The notes beneath the pieces are model-generated. The model worked only from the letters and a program-made list of their open reading frames with translations. It did no database searches and was not told where the DNA came from. From positions 17,373-41,372 of the forward strand of contig JAPLKC010000131.1 of NCBI GenBank assembly GCA_026388255.1: a stretch of DNA of 24,000 nt, written 5' to 3'. This stretch comes from Pseudomonadota bacterium (lineage in GTDB: Bacteria > Desulfobacterota > Syntrophorhabdia > Syntrophorhabdales > Syntrophorhabdaceae). Positions 19,866 to 24,000 of the stretch are shown piece after piece; position 1 is the first letter of the stretch, and each line of letters begins with the position of its first letter. A program made the position numbers and the translations under genes.

Positions 19866-19899
19866 ATGACATAATGCTGTCAGTTATGTGTGGTATTGT
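19866..19899 (+). promoter_or_regulatory. Palindromic operator + extended -10 promoter of WYL regulator 2 (site 4, variant half-site)
   Basis: ATGACA (19866-19871), taatgc, TGTCAG (19878-19883), then 10 nt ending in TGg, then TATTGT (19894-19899). The RBS aaggag and the ATG at 19926 follow. Confidence 0.55.
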
Positions 19900-19925
19900 T
19901 TTGTAAATAACGTAAGGAGCAGCAA

Positions 19926-20852
19926 ATGTCATATAAGTTTGATTCACTTGCTATTATCCTCAACAAGCTTGACAGTAAAGAAACCGTAACGGTTTTATCT
20001 CTTACGGATGAGCTTGAGGTAAGCGGGAGAACCGTTCACAGATATATAAGTACGTTGCAGGTAGCTGGATTCCCTATTGAATACGATAAAATAAAGAATA
20101 GCTACGTTTTTACCGAAGGCTATACTCTTAAAAAACCGACCCTTTCGTTAGAGGAGACTCTTGCCTTTGCTCTTGCGAAGAAATTACTCATAAACTTCGG
20201 ACCGGGTATGGAGAAAAGCCTTTCCGATATTGAGGATAAGCTTTCACCAAAAAAAGGGGACTTCAAACATATCATCCTATCTGCAGATGCTTTGCCTGTA
20301 GCATCTGAGCAGTATCTTGGTCTTATACACCAGGCCATAACGAATTATCAGAGGATCAAGCTCGTGTATAAAGCGCTGTATGCTGATAATCCAACGGAAA
20401 GTAGTATAGACCCATACTATTTGTTTTTCAGAGAAGGCATCTGGTATCTCAGGGGAGATTATCATCTGGAAAAAGCTGCAAGAACCTTCGCCCTTGACAG
20501 GATAGTTTCTTTAACGCTTCTTGATGAGCACTTTATCCCGAAGCCTACCTCCCCTGATGATGAGCTGTCCGCTGCCTTCGGGGCATTTATTGACGGTGAG
20601 CCTGTAGAAGTCGTACTGAGGTTTGACAAACTGAGCAAGCCACTTGTCCTGAGAAAGAAATGGCATAAAAGCCAGCAGATTAAAGAGCTTGAGGACGGAG
20701 GTATAGAGGCAAGATTCACTGTAAACGGCATAAAAGGCATACAACCATGGATCTACAGGTGGATACCTTTTGTAGAGGTTATTGCCCCTGAAGAGTTAAG
20801 AGATATGTTTATCAAGGATCTTGACGAAGCCATTAAAAGACATAAGAAATGA
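19926..20852 (+). CDS. HTH-WYL-domain transcriptional regulator (BrxR/CapW/YafY-like), paralogue 2
   Basis: 308-aa ORF that aligns by eye along its full length with the 11504 protein. Shared segments include MSxKFDSL..ILN.LD.KE.VTV.SL, FGPGME, RTFALDRI, LDEHF.P, DEL..AFG..IDGEPVEVV.RFD, LRKKWHKSQQ and VNGI.GI..W.Y.W.P.VEVI.P.EL. Confidence 0.85.
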   Translation: MSYKFDSLAIILNKLDSKETVTVLSLTDELEVSGRTVHRYISTLQVAGFPIEYDKIKNSYVFTEGYTLKKPTLSLEETLAFALAKKLLINFGPGMEKSLSDIEDKLSPKKGDFKHIILSADALPVASEQYLGLIHQAITNYQRIKLVYKALYADNPTESSIDPYYLFFREGIWYLRGDYHLEKAARTFALDRIVSLTLLDEHFIPKPTSPDDELSAAFGAFIDGEPVEVVLRFDKLSKPLVLRKKWHKSQQIKELEDGGIEARFTVNGIKGIQPWIYRWIPFVEVIAPEELRDMFIKDLDEAIKRHKK

Positions 20853-20983
20853 AACTGCATAAAATAGTTGTTGTAGAAAAGAATAAACTATTAACAAAAA
20901 TATCAGCTTGAATAAAGCTACTATATATGATTATTAGAAATCATATCTGCCTTATTAAAAACAGATTAAAAGGGAGGGGTTAA

Positions 20984-21082
20984 ATGGGACAAGAAGAATA
21001 TTTAGTAAAGTTTTACAAATTGGATTACCTCATCTTGGCAGATTTAAATATAAATTTAACAACAATTTGTTTTCAGAGATAG
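20984..21082 (+). CDS. Possible 32-aa small ORF with a strong Shine-Dalgarno
   Basis: gggagggg (20972-20979) lies 4 nt before the ATG at 20984. The translation is MGQEEYLVKFYKLDYLILADLNINLTTICFQR. No other support. Confidence 0.2.
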   Translation: MGQEEYLVKFYKLDYLILADLNINLTTICFQR

Positions 21083-21118
21083 AAAAAACTAACCTATCAA
21101 AAAAAGGAGTGAAAACAT

Positions 21119-21289
21119 ATGCCAAATGGAGGACATATTTCTTGTGTGCATTGCACGTACAATCGGCAGACATCAGGAACGTGTGATATCTTGAGGATTG
21201 AAACAAGCCCTTTTATCTTATGCAGAGCTTTCAGAAAACTCAAGCAATCTCATACCGAAGCACGAAAAAAAGTGGCCTATGCTAAATGA
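21119..21289 (+). CDS. Small Cys-rich (zinc-ribbon-like) protein, possibly the 5' part of a frameshifted gene
   Basis: The RBS aaggagtg lies 7 nt before the ATG at 21119. The translation MPNGGHISCVHCTYNRQTSGTCDILRIETSPFILCRAF... has four Cys including CxxC. It is too short for the ORF track. The frame ends at 21289, after an A7 run at 21265-21271. Confidence 0.45.
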   Translation: MPNGGHISCVHCTYNRQTSGTCDILRIETSPFILCRAFRKLKQSHTEARKKVAYAK

Positions 21290-21395
21290 TCTGAAGCCTG
21301 GGGTTGTATATGGGATCGATAATTCTTCTTTTTTAGCCGGAGATTCAAGACCGATATATAAACTACAAATTTTCAAAAAAGTGGAGAGAACATGA
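21198..21395 (+). CDS. Overlapping ORF in the +1 frame, probably the 3' part of the same gene
   Basis: Track ORF of 65 aa. Its TTG start has no usable RBS. Its 3' end overlaps the next gene's start in an ATGA junction (21392-21395). This supports translation of this frame downstream of the A7 run (…KKWPMLNDLKPGVVYGIDNSSFLAGDSRPIYKLQIFKK). Confidence 0.35.
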   Translation: MKQALLSYAELSENSSNLIPKHEKKWPMLNDLKPGVVYGIDNSSFLAGDSRPIYKLQIFKKVERT

Positions 21396-22351
21396 ACGAA
21401 GTAAGAAAAGAAGTCGAAAAGATATTATCAGAAAACCAACAGGATTGGGAAGAAAGATTTTATGAGTATTATGAAAAGATAATTAATAACTCGGAAAACA
21501 TAGAGAAAAATAGACAAAAATTTCATATGAGAGGATTTTTACGAGCGTATATGAATTTTGGACAGGCCATGAAAAAAACACCAAAATTTAGTATTCGTTA
21601 CGGAGGACAAATTGCTGGTATAATGAAATTTATGAAAAACAAAAAGGAACCTATCCTTGTAATCACCCCAAAACAAGCTAAAGATAACAATAAGTGGTTT
21701 AAGTTCGATCTTCCAAATGGAGAATACGCTTGGAGATCATCTGCTGAAGCTCAAAAATTTAGAGAGAGATTTGAAAAAAATCCACCGCCACCAGTTAGAC
21801 AAGACGAACACCGCTTAGAAACATTTATTCTTGATGAAATGTTCAACCCTACGATTAAAAAGTTTTGTGGAACTTTTAAAAATATTCAGCCAGTTTGTAT
21901 TGCAAACAATGTTCCTTTCCAGATGCTCATACCAATACGTGCACGCGGAGGAAAGATCGGTTACAAGGATGGTCACATAGATATTGTTGCTCGATATGGT
22001 AGAGGAACAACATCCTTGTTGGCAATTGAAATAAAAAGACCTGGTGGCCAATATCAAGGTGCTGCAAAGCAGGCATACATTTATGCGGTAACCATGTCCT
22101 ATATGTTTAATAAAACAGGAGATAACTTCAAGAAGCACTTATATACGTTATGTGGATATAAAAACGTATATTCAAATCTAAAAATTCATGCTGTGGTTGC
22201 AATTCCCGATACTTATAAATCTAAATTTTCTCAAGAACAAGAATTACTCAATGCTTCTAATATTAACGTTGATATACCTATACATTATATTACTTATCAA
22301 CTTGCAGACAATCAGAGAATTAAAGTTATAGGAACGAGCCTTGAAACTTAA
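21392..22351 (+). CDS. RecB/Cas4-like PD-(D/E)xK nuclease-fold protein (no Cys cluster)
   Basis: 319-aa ORF with RBS ggagag. The core is EHRLETFILDEM ... GHIDIVARYGRGTTSLLAIEIKRPGGQYQGAAKQAYIYA, giving E, D, ExK and QxxxY. I do not recognise the N-terminal ~140 aa. Confidence 0.65.
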   Translation: MNEVRKEVEKILSENQQDWEERFYEYYEKIINNSENIEKNRQKFHMRGFLRAYMNFGQAMKKTPKFSIRYGGQIAGIMKFMKNKKEPILVITPKQAKDNNKWFKFDLPNGEYAWRSSAEAQKFRERFEKNPPPPVRQDEHRLETFILDEMFNPTIKKFCGTFKNIQPVCIANNVPFQMLIPIRARGGKIGYKDGHIDIVARYGRGTTSLLAIEIKRPGGQYQGAAKQAYIYAVTMSYMFNKTGDNFKKHLYTLCGYKNVYSNLKIHAVVAIPDTYKSKFSQEQELLNASNINVDIPIHYITYQLADNQRIKVIGTSLET

Positions 22352-23660
22352 AATTCACCGTGGTACTCACGAAATAGGCGGTTCCTGTGTTGAGGTAAAG
22401 GACTCCGACACGCGTATCGTCATAGACATTGGAATGCCCCTTGTTACAAGAGAGAAAGAAAAATTCGATATGAAGGCATATAAGGAATTATCCGGCCCTG
22501 AACTCGTTGAAAAGCAGATACTGCCTGATATAAAAGGTCTGTATGAATGGGATACCGGCAACAAACCTATTGACGGGCTACTCATTTCACATTCCCATGC
22601 AGACCATTACGGCTTCATGGATTATATACGAGATGATATACGGTGTTTCTTGAGCGAAGGAACGCAGCGTATTATTGAACTTAACAAGAGTTTTTTTAAC
22701 AGGGGTAAACAGATAAAGAACCCCATCATTCTTCAGAGTGGAAAACCTACTCATATCAAGAGTCTAACGGTTACGCCTTACCTGATGGACCATTCTGCTT
22801 TTGATGCTCAGGCATTTCTCATCGAGAGCAAAGACCGTAAGATCATCTATTCGGGTGATTTCAGGGAACACGGGAGAAAAGAAAAAGCCTTTGAATGGTT
22901 TCTGGAAAATGTCCCAAGGGGAGTTGATGCGCTTCTGCTGGAAGGAACGATGGTAGGACAGGTTGACCGTAATTCGAAAACAGAAGAGGAGCTTGAAGTA
23001 GAATTGACCAATCTTATCAAAAAAAGCAATAAAATGACCATTGTATTCCAGTCGTCACAGAACATCGACAGGATTGTGACATGCTTCAAGGCTGCGTGGA
23101 AAGCAAAACGCCTGTTTGTTATCGACCTATATACTGCGCATGTCCTTCATACCCTAAAGAACACAACGAGATCCCCTCGAATCCCATATCCATCTCAGAA
23201 AGACTTCCCTACATTGAAAGTCTTTTTCCCAAAAAGGCTGTGTGACCTCCTTGCAAGAACTAACAAAAAAGAATTGATGTATGCGTTCAAAGACTTCAAG
23301 ATAGACCGGGGACAGATATCGGAAAATCCACAAAAGGTGGTTATGCTGGTGAGGCCTTCCATGCTTGGAGACTTGAAGCAGTTGCAGGGAATTCATGGGG
23401 CATCGGCAATATACTCCCAGTGGCAGGGATATCTTGATGAAACACCGATGAAAAGGATGATGGATTTTCTCAAAAGCCAGGACGTAGACATTATCCATCT
23501 TCATACGAGTGGTCATGCAGGTATGAGAACACTCAAGAAGGTCATTGATGTGGTAAAACCAAAAACGATAATACCCATTCACACTTTCTATCCTGAACTT
23601 TACGAGAAATTCGGCGCCAATGTGCTCAAGTTGGAAGACGGACAGGAGATTTCCGTATAG
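22341..23660 (+). CDS. beta-CASP-family metallo-beta-lactamase-fold nuclease
   Basis: 439-aa ORF whose TTG start overlaps the upstream gene by 11 nt. The MBL motifs are RIVIDIGMP, LLISHSHADHYGF, LMDHSAFD and IIYSGDFR. The beta-CASP-like motifs are ALLLEGTM and IHLHTSGHA, and the protein ends with IIPIHT. Confidence 0.8.
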   Translation: MKLKIHRGTHEIGGSCVEVKDSDTRIVIDIGMPLVTREKEKFDMKAYKELSGPELVEKQILPDIKGLYEWDTGNKPIDGLLISHSHADHYGFMDYIRDDIRCFLSEGTQRIIELNKSFFNRGKQIKNPIILQSGKPTHIKSLTVTPYLMDHSAFDAQAFLIESKDRKIIYSGDFREHGRKEKAFEWFLENVPRGVDALLLEGTMVGQVDRNSKTEEELEVELTNLIKKSNKMTIVFQSSQNIDRIVTCFKAAWKAKRLFVIDLYTAHVLHTLKNTTRSPRIPYPSQKDFPTLKVFFPKRLCDLLARTNKKELMYAFKDFKIDRGQISENPQKVVMLVRPSMLGDLKQLQGIHGASAIYSQWQGYLDETPMKRMMDFLKSQDVDIIHLHTSGHAGMRTLKKVIDVVKPKTIIPIHTFYPELYEKFGANVLKLEDGQEISV

Positions 23661-23666
23661 GTTTTC

Positions 23667-24000
23667 ATGGAAACACTTGGGCAGCCAGAAAGGAGATGGG
23701 ATCATGAATATACAGAGGTCTGGGAAAGATTGCTTCAAACCCTAAAATCAGATAAATGGGATACAGATATATATGATGAAGATTGTTCGGCTCATGAAGA
23801 AATATATGCATACAAAGTGAATGGTCCGCTTGGCGTATTTAACCATATTGAGATATTCTTGTGCGAACTTGACAACAACTCCAACAACGTCGAAATCAGG
23901 TTCATGTTTTTTGCGGATCCACGGTTAGCAGGTCAGAAAAAAAGGATTCTCGGGAAAAAGGTAAAAGAGAATGACTTTTTTACATTTAAAGACTTTTGTA
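23667..24000 (+). CDS. Hypothetical protein, partial (continues past window end)
   Basis: An open frame runs from the ATG at 23667, 6 nt after the upstream stop, to the window edge. It is therefore not in the ORF track. The translation is METLGQPERRWDHEYTEVWERLLQTLKSDKWDTDIYDEDCSAHEEIYAYKVNGPLGVFNHIEIFLCELDNN... Confidence 0.5.
   Translation, partial: METLGQPERRWDHEYTEVWERLLQTLKSDKWDTDIYDEDCSAHEEIYAYKVNGPLGVFNHIEIFLCELDNNSNNVEIRFMFFADPRLAGQKKRILGKKVKENDFFTFKDFC

Noticed and set aside
21036-21054. A TGGCAG followed by TATAAA upstream of the cluster-B small ORF, as a fifth operator site
   Set aside because: There is no CTGCCA partner 6 nt upstream (the sequence there is attacc). The spacing to the TATAAA is 7 nt rather than 10 nt. 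It is a lone half-site and could occur by chance.
23154-23738. A 194-aa minus-strand ORF
   Set aside because: It lies entirely antisense to the beta-CASP MBL gene, which has a complete catalytic motif set. The translation has no motifs.
9827-24000. A search for an integrase, transposase, IS termini or phage structural genes to explain island mobility
   Set aside because: None of the ORFs shows tyrosine or serine recombinase motifs or DDE transposase motifs. Mobility of the island therefore cannot be asserted from this window alone.

Overview
The window has two parts.

**Positions 1-9.8 kb: ordinary chromosomal backbone.**
- A partial hflX on the minus strand, missing from the ORF track because it runs off the window edge.
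- A NusG/RfaH-like paralogue.
- A coherent cyclic-nucleotide and cell-envelope locus. Four tightly spaced plus-strand genes encode a class-II-like cNMP phosphodiesterase, a TPR + beta-barrel outer-membrane protein, a 913-aa exported FecR-domain protein with an ~18-residue polyproline tract, and Skp/OmpH. A CHASE2 class III nucleotidyl cyclase converges on them from the minus strand.

**Boundary.** A 5' fragment of tRNA-Arg(CCG) at 9781-9826 breaks off just after the anticodon loop. It appears to mark the start of an accessory island.

**Positions 9.8-24 kb: accessory island.** No integrase or transposase is visible. The island contains:
- An unusually long (~930 bp) non-coding stretch with a promoter-fronted long stem structure and a ~150-bp tandem duplication.
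- Two paralogous HTH-WYL regulators (BrxR/CapW-like), each heading a nuclease-rich gene cluster.
  - Cluster A holds a DUF2779-type PD-(D/E)xK/FET-motif protein, a small nuclease-fold protein, and two PDDEXK_4-like proteins. It also carries several unknowns and a WG-repeat exported protein.
  - Cluster B holds a small Cys-rich ORF interrupted at an A7 run, a RecB-like PD-(D/E)xK nuclease, a beta-CASP MBL nuclease and an unknown.

**Strongest sequence-level observation.** One promoter architecture occurs four times: an 18-bp palindrome, then exactly 10 nt, then a -10 box that usually carries an extended TGn. Three copies use the half-site TGGCAG, in front of WYL-1 and two further transcription units. 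One copy uses TGTCAG, in front of WYL-2. This suggests two orthogonal WYL-controlled regulons.

**Limits.** All family assignments rest on motifs I recognise by eye. None was checked against a database. No CRISPR array, rRNA or intact tRNA was seen.
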